DNA from: Gemmatimonadota bacterium
GTDB taxonomy: Bacteria; Gemmatimonadota; Gemmatimonadetes; Gemmatimonadales; GWC2-71-9
Direction: 5' to 3'
DNA: 32,385 nt
Assembly (NCBI GenBank): GCA_043751835.1
Contig: JAYUZK010000169.1
Location: 1-32,385, forward strand
Both the position numbers and the translations under genes were made by a program. Under the pieces are notes generated by a model. It was given only the letters and a program-made list of their open reading frames with translations. It had not been told where the DNA came from and did no database searches. Numbering within the stretch: position 1 is the stretch's first letter; every line of letters begins with the position of its first letter. Shown here in pieces: positions 1-10,296 of this stretch.

Positions 1-1211
1 GCCGTCACGTCGCTCAGCAGATTGGGCAGCCCGATCCGGAGTCCCAGCTGGTAGAAATAGACGTCGCAGCTGGCGGCGATCGCATCCGTCAGGTCGAGCG
101 ACCCGTGGCCGGATTTCTTCCAGCAGTGGAAGACCCGGTTCCCGAATCGGAATCCGCCGGTGCAGGCCTGCGGCATGTGGCTCGAGAAATCGACGATCCC
201 CCGTTTGAGCGCCACGGCGGCGGTCACCAGCTTGAAGGGTGATCCTGGTGGGAAACTCCCTGACACCGCCCGGTCGAACAGGGGCTTGGCCGAGCCGGTC
301 GTCAACTCGGCGTACCGGGCCGAGGATACGCCGGTGATGAATTCGTTCGGGTCGTAGGTCGGCGCGGAATACAGCGCCAGCAGCTGGCCGTCCGGCGTCA
401 TGGCGACCATCGCCCCCGTCATGTCCGGGCGCTCGGCCGTCCACAAGCTGTCGATGTAGGTCTGGAGATCGAGATCGATGGTGGTCCTGATCCGTTCGCC
501 GGGCACCGGCTTGAGCACCGGTTGCTGACTCCCGTCCCGGACCATCCGCCCGCGCGCATCTACTTCGATGAAGCTCTCGCCCTCAAGGCCTCTCACCACC
601 GAGTCGTACTTCGCCTCGAGGCCATCCTTGCCGACCAGGGACCCCGAGCGCGCCCCCGGGAACCGCTTCCGTTCGAGTTCGTCGGCGGAGACTTCGCTCA
701 CGTATCCAACGAGATGGGCCACGGCCTTTCCGGCCCGGTAGTACCGCCGGGGTTCCGTCCGGATCACAAGCCCCGGGAGGAGATACCGGTGCTCCTCGAG
801 CGTCGCCACGGTTTCGATACTGGCGTTCGGATAGACGAGGGCCGGCTGGAAGGGTGCCGTCTCGTAGCGGCGGACGACTTGCGACTCCAGATCCTCGGCG
901 GATGGCACCAGGGCGGTGATTCGGCGGAGCACGGCGCGGAGGGAATCCTTGGACCCCGCCAGCAGTTTGACCGTGAAGCCGGAGGCGTTCTCCGCGATGG
1001 CCTTCCCGTCCCGGTCGAAGATGATCCCCCGGGGCGACGCGAGCGTCAGCTTCCGAAGCCGGTTGTTGTCCGACCTGCGGCGATAGTCCTCGTTCGAGAG
1101 GATCTGGGCCCGAAAGAAAGCCCCAGCCACGAGCAGGAACACACCGGCCAGCACCCAGGTGGCGATGGTCGCCCGCTCCCGGACCCGAAACGGCGTGAAG
1201 GCAATGCTCAT
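1..1211 (-). CDS. mrdA: Penicillin-binding protein 2 (peptidoglycan D,D-transpeptidase MrdA), N-terminal ~400 codons; 3' end runs off the window
   Basis: Absent from the ORF track because it is open at the window edge. My translation from ATG 1211 (ATGA overlap with the mreD stop) reads MSIAFTPFRVRERATIATWVLAGVFLLVAGAFFRAQILSNEDYRRRSDNNRLRKLTLASPRGIIFDRDGKAIAEN... with no stop down to nt 3. It has an N-terminal TM anchor, a PBP dimerisation-type region, and an SxxK active-site motif (PPGSPFKLVTAAVAL, about nt 231-251). Position after mreBCD is canonical. Confidence 0.85.
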   Translation of the reverse strand, partial: MSIAFTPFRVRERATIATWVLAGVFLLVAGAFFRAQILSNEDYRRRSDNNRLRKLTLASPRGIIFDRDGKAIAENASGFTVKLLAGSKDSLRAVLRRITALVPSAEDLESQVVRRYETAPFQPALVYPNASIETVATLEEHRYLLPGLVIRTEPRRYYRAGKAVAHLVGYVSEVSADELERKRFPGARSGSLVGKDGLEAKYDSVVRGLEGESFIEVDARGRMVRDGSQQPVLKPVPGERIRTTIDLDLQTYIDSLWTAERPDMTGAMVAMTPDGQLLALYSAPTYDPNEFITGVSSARYAELTTGSAKPLFDRAVSGSFPPGSPFKLVTAAVALKRGIVDFSSHMPQACTGGFRFGNRVFHCWKKSGHGSLDLTDAIAASCDVYFYQLGLRIGLPNLLSDVT

Positions 1212-1705
1212 TCGTCGAGCCTGATGGCGAGCCAATTGCGGAACAGCATCACCACGATGACGCCGGCGAGCGCGGTGGTTACGGACTGGATCGGGGCCCA
1301 GACGAGCAACGTCCCAGCCAACTCGGCCGGGGAGGCGCCGCTTGCCAACAGCACCAGCAGCGTTCGGACCCAGGTTGCGGCCGCGAACAGGCCGGCGTTG
1401 ACGAGAAGGTTGTCGGGGAAGAACACCGCCCGTCCCCAAGCCGCCAGGTAACCAACCACGGTATGCGCCAGGGCGCCGGACCCGAACCGAGCCGGGGTGA
1501 GCACATCACTGGCGAGCCCAGTCACGAAGCCGACCACCGCGCCGATCCCCGGACGGCTTCGCATCGCCACGATCAGCATCGCGAGCAGCAGAAGATCGGG
1601 CGCGATCCGGTTCTCGATCCATGGGCGGACGTAGAAGTGTCCCGCCACGAGAAGCGCGATGACGACCCCCACCCGGCTCCGGCGATCGCGGCGGGATATC
1701 GTCAT
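1208..1705 (-). CDS. mreD: Rod shape-determining protein MreD
   Basis: 165-aa multi-pass hydrophobic ORF. ATGA overlaps with the mreC stop (1702-1705) and the mrdA start (1208-1211). Sits in the mreB-mreC-mreD-mrdA order. Confidence 0.75.
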   Translation of the reverse strand: MTISRRDRRSRVGVVIALLVAGHFYVRPWIENRIAPDLLLLAMLIVAMRSRPGIGAVVGFVTGLASDVLTPARFGSGALAHTVVGYLAAWGRAVFFPDNLLVNAGLFAAATWVRTLLVLLASGASPAELAGTLLVWAPIQSVTTALAGVIVVMLFRNWLAIRLDE

Positions 1706-2544
1706 CGAACCGGCTCTCTCCGCCCCGGGGCCACCGGCCTGAATTCACGCGCCAGATACACCAGCACATGGGAGACGAGACCCGGGTTGGCCAGCGGACT
1801 CACGTGATAGACCCGCTCCCACCCCATCTCTTCCCGCCGGATGCCGCGAACCCGCCCAATCGGAATCCCTTTCGGATAGACGCCGGTCAGACCGGACGTC
1901 ATCACCAGGGTGCCGACCGCCACCGTGTCTCGATACGGCACGCCGCGAAGCTCCAGGAATGCGTTGCTCGCCGAGGTGTTGATGGCGGGCGCCACTATGC
2001 CGAGGACACTGCCGTTCTCGGTCACCGCGCTCGCCGCGAAATCCGGGTGAGCCCAGGTCATCGCCACCGAGGAGAACGGTTCGGCGCTCACCACGAGGCC
2101 CATCAGCCCATCCGGCGAGACGACCGGATTGCCGACCTGGACGCCGTCCCGGGTCCCGGCGCTCAGCAACAGGGTCCGGCCGTCGGTCGCCGCCGTCTGA
2201 TGGAGGACCTCGGCGGCCAGCGTCGGGAAGATTACCCGCTGCTTGAGCGCCAGGAGACCGCGAAGCTGGGTGTTTTCGGTTCGGAGCGCGGTGAGCGACT
2301 GAGCGGCAAGCGCGGCGGAATCGCGGGAGGCGGCAATGGCCTTGAGCTGGAGCCGGCTGGTCCGCTGGACCTCGGCGTTCTGCTGCAGCCACACCATCGG
2401 CGCCAGCGCCGTGGCCCGGACGCTTGCGGCGAAACCCAGTGCCCACCTTGACGGCAACAGCAGGGCGGCGAAGGAGAGAACCAGACAAACGACGAGCAGC
2501 AGGGTGTCGCTCCTGGAGAGCGACCGGCCCAGACCCGAACTCAT
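1702..2544 (-). CDS. mreC: Rod shape-determining protein MreC
   Basis: 280 aa with an N-terminal TM helix (LLLVVCLVLSFAALLL), a coiled-coil-like stretch (LRTENTQLRGLLALKQ) and a C-terminal beta-rich domain (TSGLTGVYPKGIPIGRV). Starts 1 nt after the mreB stop. Confidence 0.8.
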   Translation of the reverse strand: MSSGLGRSLSRSDTLLLVVCLVLSFAALLLPSRWALGFAASVRATALAPMVWLQQNAEVQRTSRLQLKAIAASRDSAALAAQSLTALRTENTQLRGLLALKQRVIFPTLAAEVLHQTAATDGRTLLLSAGTRDGVQVGNPVVSPDGLMGLVVSAEPFSSVAMTWAHPDFAASAVTENGSVLGIVAPAINTSASNAFLELRGVPYRDTVAVGTLVMTSGLTGVYPKGIPIGRVRGIRREEMGWERVYHVSPLANPGLVSHVLVYLAREFRPVAPGRREPVR

Positions 2545-2545
2545 G

Positions 2546-3580
2546 TCACCTCGTCAACACGTTGCGATACTTGTCGTATTCATCGAGGATCCTGCCGGTG
2601 CCCCGGACCACGCAGGTCAGCGGGTCTTCGTCCACGTGAATCGGAAGACCGGTTTCCTGGGACAGCAGGAGGTCGAGTCCGCGGATCAACGCGCCGCCCC
2701 CGGTCATCACGATCCCGCGATCGACGATGTCGCTGGCGAGTTCGGGTGGGGTGATCTCGAGGGCTCGCCGGACCGCATCGACGATCTGCTGAATCGGTTC
2801 CTGGACCGCTTCCCTCACTTCGGTCGAGTGGACCCGAACCGTCTTCGGGATACCCGACACCAGGTCGCGGCCCTTCACTTCCATTTCCCGCTCTTCACCG
2901 GTGGGGTAGGCCGAGCCAATTTTGATCTTGATCGCCTCGGCGGTCGGCTCGCCGACCAGCAGGTTGTAGTTCTTTCGCATGAACTGGACGATCGCCTGAT
3001 CGAGCTCGTCGCCACCGGTCCGGATCGAGGTGTCGCACACGATACCGGACAGCGCGATCACCGCGATCTCGGTGGTGCCACCCCCGATGTCGATGACCAT
3101 GTTGCCGGTAGGCGTCTCCACCGGCAGCCCCACCCCGATGGCCGCAGCCATCGGCTCGGCGACCATCCACACTTCCTTGGCGCCCGCCGTCTCGGCCGAG
3201 TCGCGAACAGCACGCCGTTCCACTTCGGTGATGCCCGACGGCACCGCCACGATCACCAGCGGCTTGACCCGGAAAAAATGTTTATTGATGATCGTTCCGA
3301 GAAAATGACGGAGCATTTTTTCGGTTCGCTCGAAGTCGGCGATGACGCCATCCTTGAGCGGGCGAACAGCAATGATGCCTTCGGGAGTCCTGCCTAACAT
3401 CCGCTTGGCGTCGAGGCCGTACGCTCTGGGCTCACCGGTGGCGCGGTCAATGGCCACCACGGACGGTTCGTTGAGCACGATGCCTTCGCCCTTGACGTAC
3501 ACCAAGGTATTGGCGGTGCCGAGGTCAACCGCGATCTCATTCGCGGGAATGAACGAACCGAATTTGAATGGAAACTTCAT
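2546..3580 (-). CDS. mreB: Actin-like rod shape-determining protein MreB
   Basis: 344 aa. [27 protein letters not shown] and [15 protein letters not shown] are the actin/Hsp70-fold phosphate and adenosine motifs typical of MreB. Confidence 0.97.
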   Translation of the reverse strand: MKFPFKFGSFIPANEIAVDLGTANTLVYVKGEGIVLNEPSVVAIDRATGEPRAYGLDAKRMLGRTPEGIIAVRPLKDGVIADFERTEKMLRHFLGTIINKHFFRVKPLVIVAVPSGITEVERRAVRDSAETAGAKEVWMVAEPMAAAIGVGLPVETPTGNMVIDIGGGTTEIAVIALSGIVCDTSIRTGGDELDQAIVQFMRKNYNLLVGEPTAEAIKIKIGSAYPTGEEREMEVKGRDLVSGIPKTVRVHSTEVREAVQEPIQQIVDAVRRALEITPPELASDIVDRGIVMTGGGALIRGLDLLLSQETGLPIHVDEDPLTCVVRGTGRILDEYDKYRNVLTR

Positions 3581-3636
3581 TGCAGTGGCGGCCCCCGACC
3601 GAAGCGCAAGTTAATGTGCGGCAAGCACTTCGACAA

Positions 3637-3656
3637 GCCGCCAACGGCCTGGCGGC
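3637..3656 (-). terminator. Possible weak hairpin immediately after the dut stop (7-bp GC stem GCCGCCA/TGGCGGC, 6-nt loop)
   Basis: Read directly: GCCGCCA-ACGGCC-TGGCGGC on the plus strand. On the minus strand it is followed by TTGTCG only, with no real U-tract. Confidence 0.3.
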
Positions 3657-3657
3657 A

Positions 3658-4095
3658 TCAGACCCCGGTGCTCCCGAACCCGCCGGTCCCGCGCGGTGTG
3701 GGAGGTAACGAATCCACGGGCTCGAATTGCACCGGTTCGACCCGCGCGAGAACCAACTGGGCGATCCGCATCCCCCGGGTGACCGAAAACGGTTCCTGGC
3801 CAAGGTTGATCAGGCCCACCTTGAGTTCACCCCGATAGTCGGCGTCGATGGTGGCGGGGGTATTGGGCAAGGTGACGCCGTGTTTGATGGCGAGGCCGGA
3901 GCGAGGCCGGATCTGGATTTCAAAGCCGGCGGGAATGGCCACCGCAAACCCGGTGGCGAAGAGCCGGCGTTCCATCGGCGCGAGCACCCCATCATCGGCC
4001 GACGCGATGTCCGCTCCGGCCGACCCCGCGGTTTGTGGGGCCGGCATCGGCAGCCCCTCCCCATTGGGAAGGCGGTGGATCAGGACGGTGGCCAC
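3658..4095 (-). CDS. dut: dUTP diphosphatase (dUTPase)
   Basis: Motifs [31 protein letters not shown] and [10 protein letters not shown] match the five dUTPase motifs. I moved the start to GTG 4095 (VATVLIHRL...), 4 nt after the ald stop. The ORF-track start at 4149 would overlap ald. Confidence 0.9.
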   Translation of the reverse strand: MATVLIHRLPNGEGLPMPAPQTAGSAGADIASADDGVLAPMERRLFATGFAVAIPAGFEIQIRPRSGLAIKHGVTLPNTPATIDADYRGELKVGLINLGQEPFSVTRGMRIAQLVLARVEPVQFEPVDSLPPTPRGTGGFGSTGV

Positions 4096-4099
4096 CGGC

Positions 4100-5212
4100 T
4101 TACAGAACGGCGGCCACGTCCACGAGCGGGAGCCCGAACGCTTCGGCAACCCCGGGATACACCACCTTGCCGGCTACCACGTTGAGGCCGAGCCGGAGTG
4201 CTCCGTCCTTCTGGCAGGCGACCTTCCAGCCGAGCTTGGCCAGTTTTCGGCCATACGGGAGCGTGGCGTTGGTGAGCGCCAGTGTCGAGGTCCGTGGCAC
4301 GCCACCAGGCATGTTGGCCACCGCATAGTGGAGCACGCCGTCGACGAAGTAGATCGGATTTTCGTGGGTGGTCGGCTTGATGGTTTCGACACATCCGCCC
4401 TGGTCCACCGCCACGTCCACGATCACCGCCCCCTGCTTCATGACCTTGAGGTCCTCGCGCCGGATCAACCGGGGCGCCTTGGCCCCGGCAATCAAGACCG
4501 CGCCGACGACCAGATCCGCCCGCTGGATCGCCCCAAGAATGTTGTAGCGATTGGAGTACATCGTGGTGACGTTGGCGGGCAGGACATCGTCGAGATAGCG
4601 GAGCCGGTCGAGCGACAAATCAAGAATCGTGACGTTGGCGCCCATCCCGGCGGCCATCTTGGCGGCGTTGATGCCGACCACGCCGCCTCCAATGATGATC
4701 ACGTCGGCCGGCGCCACGCCGGGGACACCGCCCAGCAACACGCCCCGCCCGCCGTACACTCGCTCGAGGTACTTGGCGCCCTCCTGCACCGCCATCCGGC
4801 CGGCCACCTCCGACATCGGCGTGAGCAGCGGCAAGTCGCCGTTCGGCAACTGCACCGTCTCATACGCCACCGCGACCGCCCCCGACACAATCACAGCCCG
4901 GGTGAGCTCCTCGGCCGCCGCGAAGTGGAAGTAGGTGTAGATCAGCTGGCCGGCCCGCATCCGGGGCCACTCGACCCCGATCGGCTCCTTCACCTTCATG
5001 ATCATTTCGGCCGTGGCCCAGACCTGGTCGGCGGTATCGAGAATCTTGCCACCCGCCTTGACGTAGTCGTCGTCCCCGAAGCCGCTGCCCACCCCAGCGC
5101 CCTTTTCGACGTTGACCACATGCCCGTCCTCGACCAGCGCCTCGCACCCGGCCGGAACCAGGGCGACTCGATTTTCGTTGGTCTTGATCTCCTTCGGTAC
5201 GCCGATGATCAT
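4100..5212 (-). CDS. ald: Alanine dehydrogenase
   Basis: 370 aa. [23 protein letters not shown]-terminus and a [17 protein letters not shown] Rossmann motif. Full-length Ald-like. Confidence 0.95.
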   Translation of the reverse strand: MIIGVPKEIKTNENRVALVPAGCEALVEDGHVVNVEKGAGVGSGFGDDDYVKAGGKILDTADQVWATAEMIMKVKEPIGVEWPRMRAGQLIYTYFHFAAAEELTRAVIVSGAVAVAYETVQLPNGDLPLLTPMSEVAGRMAVQEGAKYLERVYGGRGVLLGGVPGVAPADVIIIGGGVVGINAAKMAAGMGANVTILDLSLDRLRYLDDVLPANVTTMYSNRYNILGAIQRADLVVGAVLIAGAKAPRLIRREDLKVMKQGAVIVDVAVDQGGCVETIKPTTHENPIYFVDGVLHYAVANMPGGVPRTSTLALTNATLPYGRKLAKLGWKVACQKDGALRLGLNVVAGKVVYPGVAEAFGLPLVDVAAVL

Positions 5213-5226
5213 GGCACTCTCCCAAT

Positions 5227-6489
5227 TCAGGTCGTGACGCCCAGCTCCACCGTCACCAGACGGGCCGGGTCGAAGAATTCCCCCGTAACACCCGCGACGT
5301 CGTCCCGGGTCACCGCATCGATCGCCACGAGCACCTCGTCCAAGTGCCGATAGCGATCGTCGTTCAATACGAATCCCGCCAGACGGTGCATCCGGCTCGC
5401 CGGATTCTCGAGGGCCAGCATCAGCTGCCCTTTGAGCTGCTGTTTGCCGCCCGCCAGTTCCTCGTCAGACAGACCGTGGGCGGCCAAGCGGCCATATTCC
5501 GTCCGGATGGCCTCCTTGGCCTGCTCCGCGGTCGACGGCTGAGTTCCGACGTACACCCCGGCAACGCCGCTCGACCGATACGCCTGCTGGAACGAGTAGA
5601 CCGCGTAGGCGAGGCCCAGCTCTTCACGGATGCGCTGAAACAGCCGGCTGGACATCCCGCCGCCGAACACGTTCGACACGATGGCCATCGGATACCGTCG
5701 CGGGTCCCGCGCCTCGATGGTGCCGGTCCCGCAGACGATATGACTCTGAGCGCTCTCCCGCTCGACCCGCTGCAGCGTCCCGCGCTCCGACGGCACCTCG
5801 GTGGCGGGAAGCCGTGCGGCTTCAAATCCGCTGCCCTCGAACCATCCGAGGCGCATCAAATCCTCGAGCAGTCGATCGTGGTCGACGTTGCCCGCAGCCG
5901 CGATGACGCAATTGCCCGGATAGTAGGCCCAGTTGTGGAACCGGCGAAGGTCGGACGCCGTAATCCGCCCGACCGTGTCCGGCGTACCCAGAATCGAGAA
6001 GCCGTAGGAGTGGGTCGGCCACAGGGCCGTGGCAAAGAGATCGAAGACCAGATCGTCAGGGGTGTCCTGCACGCTCTTGATCTCTTCGAGGACCACGTTG
6101 CGTTCGAGGTCGAGGTCCTCCACCCTGAGCAGGGGCGAGCGGACCAGATCGGTCAGGATGTCGAGCGCCAGCGGCAGATCTTGATCGAGGATGTGGGCCT
6201 GGAAACTGGTCTGATCGCGGCCGGTGTACGCGTCCAGAGCGCCACCCCGGATTTCGAGCGCCTCCGCCAGCTCTCTCGCGGAACGGCGCTCGGTTCCCTT
6301 GAAGACCATGTGCTCGAGCAGATGGGCGATGCCCATCTGCCCGGCTTCTTCGTGCCCGCTTGCCGACCGAACCCAGATGCCGACGGCCGCCGACCGGAGG
6401 CCGGGCAGGTGCTCGGAGAGCACCGTGAGCCCGTTCGGGACGTTGGTGCGAAAAAGTCCCTGGTCGAGCTGCTCCCGGACCACGGTCAC
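5227..6489 (-). CDS. M16 (pitrilysin/insulinase) family zinc peptidase
   Basis: 420 aa with the inverted zinc motif [10 protein letters not shown] (HxxEH). The GTG start overlaps the pnp stop (GTGA at 6486-6489). Confidence 0.85.
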   Translation of the reverse strand: MTVVREQLDQGLFRTNVPNGLTVLSEHLPGLRSAAVGIWVRSASGHEEAGQMGIAHLLEHMVFKGTERRSARELAEALEIRGGALDAYTGRDQTSFQAHILDQDLPLALDILTDLVRSPLLRVEDLDLERNVVLEEIKSVQDTPDDLVFDLFATALWPTHSYGFSILGTPDTVGRITASDLRRFHNWAYYPGNCVIAAAGNVDHDRLLEDLMRLGWFEGSGFEAARLPATEVPSERGTLQRVERESAQSHIVCGTGTIEARDPRRYPMAIVSNVFGGGMSSRLFQRIREELGLAYAVYSFQQAYRSSGVAGVYVGTQPSTAEQAKEAIRTEYGRLAAHGLSDEELAGGKQQLKGQLMLALENPASRMHRLAGFVLNDDRYRHLDEVLVAIDAVTRDDVAGVTGEFFDPARLVTVELGVTT

Positions 6490-8582
6490 TCCTTGGGCAG
6501 GAGGGCTTTCCGGGACAACCGCATCCGGCCCCGCTCGTCGACCTCGAGCAACTGGACCCTGACGATGTCGCCCTTCTTGACGACATCCTCGGTCTTGTCG
6601 GTGCGGGCGTGCTGGAGTTCGCTGATGTGGAGAAGGCCCTCGACGCCGGGCATGATCTCCACGAAAGCGCCAAACGCCGTGGTGCTCTTGACCGGCCCCT
6701 CGTAGATCCGGCCCACCTCGGGCTCGGCCACCAGAGCCGAGACCATCTCGCGGGCCTTCTCGCCGGCTTCCCCACCGACCGCCGAGATCGTAACCAAGCC
6801 CGAATCCTCGATCGAGATCTTGGCGCCGGTGGCATCCTGGATACCGCGGATAGTCTTGCCCTTCGGCCCGATCACGTCGCCGATCTTGTCCGGCTTGATC
6901 ATCAGGGTGATGATCCGGGGCGCGTACTTCGACAGATCGGCCCGCGGGGCCGCCAGGGCCTTCTTCATCTCGGCGAGAATGTGGAGCCGGCCGCGGCGGG
7001 CCCGCTCGAGGGCATCCGTCATGATTTCGAGGGTCAGGCCGTCGATCTTGATGTCCATCTGGATCGACGTGATACCCTTTTCGGTCCCGGCGACCTTGAA
7101 GTCCATGTCCCCGAGGTGGTCTTCAGAACCGAGGATGTCGGTCAGGACCGCCACCTTCTTGCCTTCCATGACCAGCCCCATCGCGACACCGGCGCAGGCT
7201 GCCTTCATCGGAACGCCCGCATCCATCAACGCCAGCGATCCGCCGCACACCGTCGCCATCGACGATGAGCCATTCGACTCGAGGATCTCGGAGACGACGC
7301 GCAGGGTGTACGGGAATGCGTCGAAGTCCGGCAACAGAGCCTGGAGCGCCCGCTCCGCGAGCGCGCCGTGGCCGATCTCCCGCCGGCTGGTGCCCCGCAT
7401 CGGCCGGACTTCACCGGTCGAGTAGGGCGGGAAGTTGTAGTGGAGCATGAACGACTTGGTGGACTCGCCGGGAACGTCGATCGAATCGATCCGCTGCTCG
7501 TCGTCGGAGGTACCAAGGGTCACGGCCACGAGGGCCTGGGTCTGGCCGCGGGTGAAGAGCGCCGAGCCGTGGACGCGCGGCAGCAGGCCGGCTTCGATCG
7601 AGATCGGGCGGACCGTTTCGAGGTCGCGGCCATCGATCCGCTCGCCCTTGTCGAGCACCTGGTTCCGCATCGTGCGGTATTCGATTTCGCCCAGCTCGTG
7701 ATCGGCGTCCTTGACCTTGTCCGGAAACTCGGTCGCGATCGTCGCCATGGTCGTGTCGCGAACCGCCTTCATCTGGGCGGCTCGGCCGGCCTTGTCCTTG
7801 TGATTGATCGCCTTGGCCATGGTCTTCTCGGCCAGTTCCTTGACCCGCTTGACCACCGCGGCGTCCTGAACCGCCTTGGTCCAGGTCATCTTCGGGGTGC
7901 CCGACTTGGCGACGAGCGCCTCGATATGGGTCCGAAGTTCGGCGATCCCCTTCTGGGCCACCTTGAGCGCCTCGACCAGGTCAGCTTCCGACACCTCGAG
8001 CGAACCGCCCTCGACCATGTCGATGAACTCGCCGCTCCCGCTGACCGCGAGGTCGATGTCGGAGAACTCGAGCTGGTGGAAGGTCGGGTTGAGGATCCAC
8101 TTGCCCTCGACCCGGCCAACCCGGACCGTGGCCAGCGGACCATTCCACGGAATCGGCGAGATCGATAGCGCCGCCGAAGCCGCGTCGGCGGCGATGACGT
8201 CAGCATCGTGCTCCTGATCGGCCGAGAGCACGGTCACGAAGACCTGGACTTCGTTCTTGAAGCCTTCAGGGAACAGCGGCCGGATCGAACGATCGATGAT
8301 CCGGTCGGCCAGGATTTCCTTGTCGGACGGGCGACCTTCCCGCTTGAGGAAGCCGCCGGGAATCTTGCCCGCGGCGTAGGTCTTCTCGCGATACTCGACC
8401 GTCAGCGGGAAGAACGGGAGGTTGGACTGGTTCGGGCTGACGGTAACGGCAGCGAGCACCACGGTTTCCCCGAATTGAACGAGGACAGATCCGGCGGACT
8501 GCTTGGCAAGTCGGCCGGTTTCGAGCACCAAGGGGCGCCCGGCGAAAGTCGTTTCGATACGTTGCACAGCGATGGCCCTCAT
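6486..8582 (-). CDS. pnp: Polyribonucleotide nucleotidyltransferase (PNPase)
   Basis: Two RNase PH-like domains, a KH domain ([15 protein letters not shown]) and an S1 domain ([17 protein letters not shown]). Start placed at ATG 8582 ([28 protein letters not shown]). The ORF-track start at 8624 is a TTG inside the leader. Confidence 0.97.
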   Translation of the reverse strand: MRAIAVQRIETTFAGRPLVLETGRLAKQSAGSVLVQFGETVVLAAVTVSPNQSNLPFFPLTVEYREKTYAAGKIPGGFLKREGRPSDKEILADRIIDRSIRPLFPEGFKNEVQVFVTVLSADQEHDADVIAADAASAALSISPIPWNGPLATVRVGRVEGKWILNPTFHQLEFSDIDLAVSGSGEFIDMVEGGSLEVSEADLVEALKVAQKGIAELRTHIEALVAKSGTPKMTWTKAVQDAAVVKRVKELAEKTMAKAINHKDKAGRAAQMKAVRDTTMATIATEFPDKVKDADHELGEIEYRTMRNQVLDKGERIDGRDLETVRPISIEAGLLPRVHGSALFTRGQTQALVAVTLGTSDDEQRIDSIDVPGESTKSFMLHYNFPPYSTGEVRPMRGTSRREIGHGALAERALQALLPDFDAFPYTLRVVSEILESNGSSSMATVCGGSLALMDAGVPMKAACAGVAMGLVMEGKKVAVLTDILGSEDHLGDMDFKVAGTEKGITSIQMDIKIDGLTLEIMTDALERARRGRLHILAEMKKALAAPRADLSKYAPRIITLMIKPDKIGDVIGPKGKTIRGIQDATGAKISIEDSGLVTISAVGGEAGEKAREMVSALVAEPEVGRIYEGPVKSTTAFGAFVEIMPGVEGLLHISELQHARTDKTEDVVKKGDIVRVQLLEVDERGRMRLSRKALLPKE

Positions 8583-8630
8583 GAGTGATCGGACGCGGAC
8601 ACACGCCGCCTCCGCACCCGCCAATGCGCT

Positions 8631-8662
8631 GAGGGCGCCCCGTTCATTGATGGGGCGCCCTC
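8631..8662 (-). promoter_or_regulatory. Perfect 11-bp GC-rich hairpin in the rpsO-pnp intergenic region (rpsO terminator/attenuator and/or pnp leader processing stem)
   Basis: GAGGGCGCCCC (8631-8641), 10-nt loop, GGGGCGCCCTC (8652-8662), read directly. Lies 17 nt downstream of the rpsO stop and about 50 nt upstream of the pnp ATG. No U-tract follows. Confidence 0.55.
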
Positions 8663-8678
8663 GCGATTTGGCGGATTC

Positions 8679-8939
8679 CTAGTGACGAAGCCCGAGGTCT
8701 TGAATCAGGGTCCGGTAGATCGTGAGATCGCTGTTCCGCAGATAGGTCAGCAGCCGACGACGCTGGCCGACCATCTTGAGCAATCCACGCCGACCGTGAT
8801 GGTCCTTGGCGTGGGCCCGGAAGTGATCCGTGAGGGAATTGATCCGCTCGGTGAGAAGAGCTACCTGAACCTTGGCCGACCCGGTGTCGGTTTCGTGCTG
8901 GCGATGCTTCGCCACAACTGCCTGCTTGTCGTACCCCAT
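8679..8939 (-). CDS. rpsO: 30S ribosomal protein S15
   Basis: 86 aa. ...[26 protein letters not shown]... is the S15 signature. Confidence 0.97.
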   Translation of the reverse strand: MGYDKQAVVAKHRQHETDTGSAKVQVALLTERINSLTDHFRAHAKDHHGRRGLLKMVGQRRRLLTYLRNSDLTIYRTLIQDLGLRH

Positions 8940-8999
8940 TGCTTTGATTCCCTTTGCCTTGCCGCTTCGTCTGGTCGTGCTAAGTGATTGTAGCCTTTA

Positions 9000-9028
9000 A
9001 GTATAGCCATGGACTGGCCGACTCGCAA
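9000..9028 (-). promoter_or_regulatory. Candidate sigma70-type promoter of rpsO (TTGCGA - 17 nt - TATACT)
   Basis: On the minus strand the -35 TTGCGA is at 9028..9023 and the -10 TATACT at 9005..9000, with a 17-nt spacer. It sits in a locally AT-richer patch about 60 nt upstream of the rpsO ATG. An AAGGGAA purine tract precedes the ATG. Confidence 0.5.
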
Positions 9029-9041
9029 GCCGAGCCGTGCG

Positions 9042-9533
9042 CTACCGGACCCGGGCCTTCCAGGTAGCCAGTACCTCCGCCTCCCGCTCGGCCGTGATTC
9101 CCGCCCGGAGCTTTGCCTGCCGCTCGGGGGCCTGGGCGTGATAGTAATCGAGGGTATCGCGGGCCGTTACGGCGAGCGACCGGAAGGTGAGCCCGAAGGC
9201 CACCTCCCGCGAAATGTCGAACCGCCCGAATCCCTGTTGGCCGTTGCGGGCCGGCATCCAGACCGGCAGCTCCTGGTACGGCAGGACCTGATGAGCGGCG
9301 AGGAACTCGGGATCGATCCAGGGGAAGGTGGCCTCGGCCGTCGTGACCGTTGATGCCGTGGAGCAGTTCCGACAAGAGCCGCGGGGTCCTCGGCCCGAGG
9401 GCGTTGTAGGTCCCGGCCGTCCCCAGCTCGGCCAGCCTGATCATCCACTCCGGCAAATCCCGGGCATCGTGCCGCCAAGGATGAGAATCCGAAGGGGCTG
9501 TCGGGGTCGGGGCACCAGCACACGGCGGGACAT
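9042..9533 (-). pseudogene. Remnant of an SDR-family NAD(P)-dependent epimerase/dehydratase-like gene (internal deletion plus frameshift)
   Basis: Pieces of one protein lie in three minus-strand frames. First, MSRRVLVPRPRQPLRILILGGT (ATG 9533; Rossmann start after an RR-containing N-terminus). The frame then jumps at about 9466-9470 directly into ...DARDLPEWMIRLAELGTAGTYNALGPRTPRLLSELLHGI. A second frame change between about 9331 and 9352 leads into ...TAEATFPWIDPEFLAAHQVLPYQELPVWMPARNGQQGFGRFDISREVAFGLTFRSLAVTARDTLDYYHAQAPERQAKLRAGITAEREAEVLATWKARVR* (stop at 9042). The central region expected between GGT and the DxRDL motif is missing. Confidence 0.6.
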
Positions 9534-9651
9534 CGCAGTTGTGGAGCCTGGCCAGATCCGGTAACCTGCTTTCTCCATGCCGACTCTGATCTCTCCCGGC
9601 GGCGGCGGCCACGCTGTTCTACGGTTACGCGGTCGCCCCGGAGGCCCCCCG

Positions 9652-10296
9652 ATGACCCGTCGACTCACGCTTGGTGTCGTGCTGGGAATGGTGGTGCTGA
9701 TCGCCGCCGAACAGACGGGCCGAGTCGAACTGGTGTACTTCGCCAAGCCGCTCACGACCTCGCTGATCGGCCTGATCGCCTGGGCGGCGCGGTCGGCCGA
9801 CCGGCGTTATCGCCAATGGATCCTGGTTGGGCTCGCGCTATCGCTGTTCGGAGATGTATTCCTGATGCTGCCCGGCAACTGGTTCGTCCCCGGTTTGGCC
9901 AGCTTTCTCGCGGCGCATCTGGCGTACATCGTGGCTTTCACGGGCGGGCGGCGGGCGTTTGGTGAGTGGCGCCCGCTCGTGCCGCTCGCGATCTTCGGAA
10001 TCGGCGCCTTGGCGATGTTGTGGCCGGGTCTCGGCGATCTGCAAATCCCGGTCACCGCATATCTGGCGGCGATCGTGACGATGGGCTGGCAGGCCAACGC
10101 TCGGGCAATCGAGTTCCGCGACCGCGGCGCCCGATTGGCTGCGATCGGCTCGATTTTCTTCGTCGCCTCCGACGGGTTGCTCGCGTGGAATCGATTCCGA
10201 GAGCCGTTTCCCTGGGCGGGACCGGCCATCACGGTCACGTACCTGGCGGCTCAGTGGCTGATCGCCCGATCGGTCGGCCCGGTCAGTGGGAGCTAG
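9652..10296 (+). CDS. YhhN-family (lysoplasmalogenase-like) integral membrane protein
   Basis: Multi-pass hydrophobic protein with YhhN-like motifs (LSLFGDVFLM, FLAAHLAYIVAF, FFVASDGLLAWNRF). Start placed at ATG 9652, preceded by GGAGG (9640-9644) with a 7-nt spacer. The ORF-track start at 9577 adds a non-membrane Gly/Arg leader. Confidence 0.75.
   Translation: MTRRLTLGVVLGMVVLIAAEQTGRVELVYFAKPLTTSLIGLIAWAARSADRRYRQWILVGLALSLFGDVFLMLPGNWFVPGLASFLAAHLAYIVAFTGGRRAFGEWRPLVPLAIFGIGALAMLWPGLGDLQIPVTAYLAAIVTMGWQANARAIEFRDRGARLAAIGSIFFVASDGLLAWNRFREPFPWAGPAITVTYLAAQWLIARSVGPVSGS

Noticed and set aside
522-1451. 309-aa plus-strand ORF at the left end. The same reasoning applies to 5344..6705, 6609..7268, 7368..8168, 13287..14438, 14435..15082, 15295..16041, 16551..17477 and 9966..11165.
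   Set aside because: All are antisense to strongly supported housekeeping genes (mrdA/mreD, M16 peptidase, pnp, cdsA/uppS, frr, pyrH, tsf, rpsB, rseP). They show the Arg/Gly/Pro/His-rich composition of GC-rich shadow frames.
3581-3657. Possible mreB promoter (TTGTCG ... CATTAA)
   Set aside because: The spacer is only 14-15 nt and the -10 match is poor, so it cannot be supported.
3848-5353. 501-aa plus-strand ORF antisense to dut/ald
   Set aside because: Shadow ORF opposite a full-length alanine dehydrogenase. Low-complexity Arg/Gly/His composition with no motifs.
8980-9612. Uninterrupted 210-aa minus-strand ORF that could be called a hypothetical protein
   Set aside because: Only about 50 residues (DARDLPEW...LLHGI) are in the native frame of the SDR-like remnant. 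The rest is out-of-frame read-through, so it is treated as part of the pseudogene.
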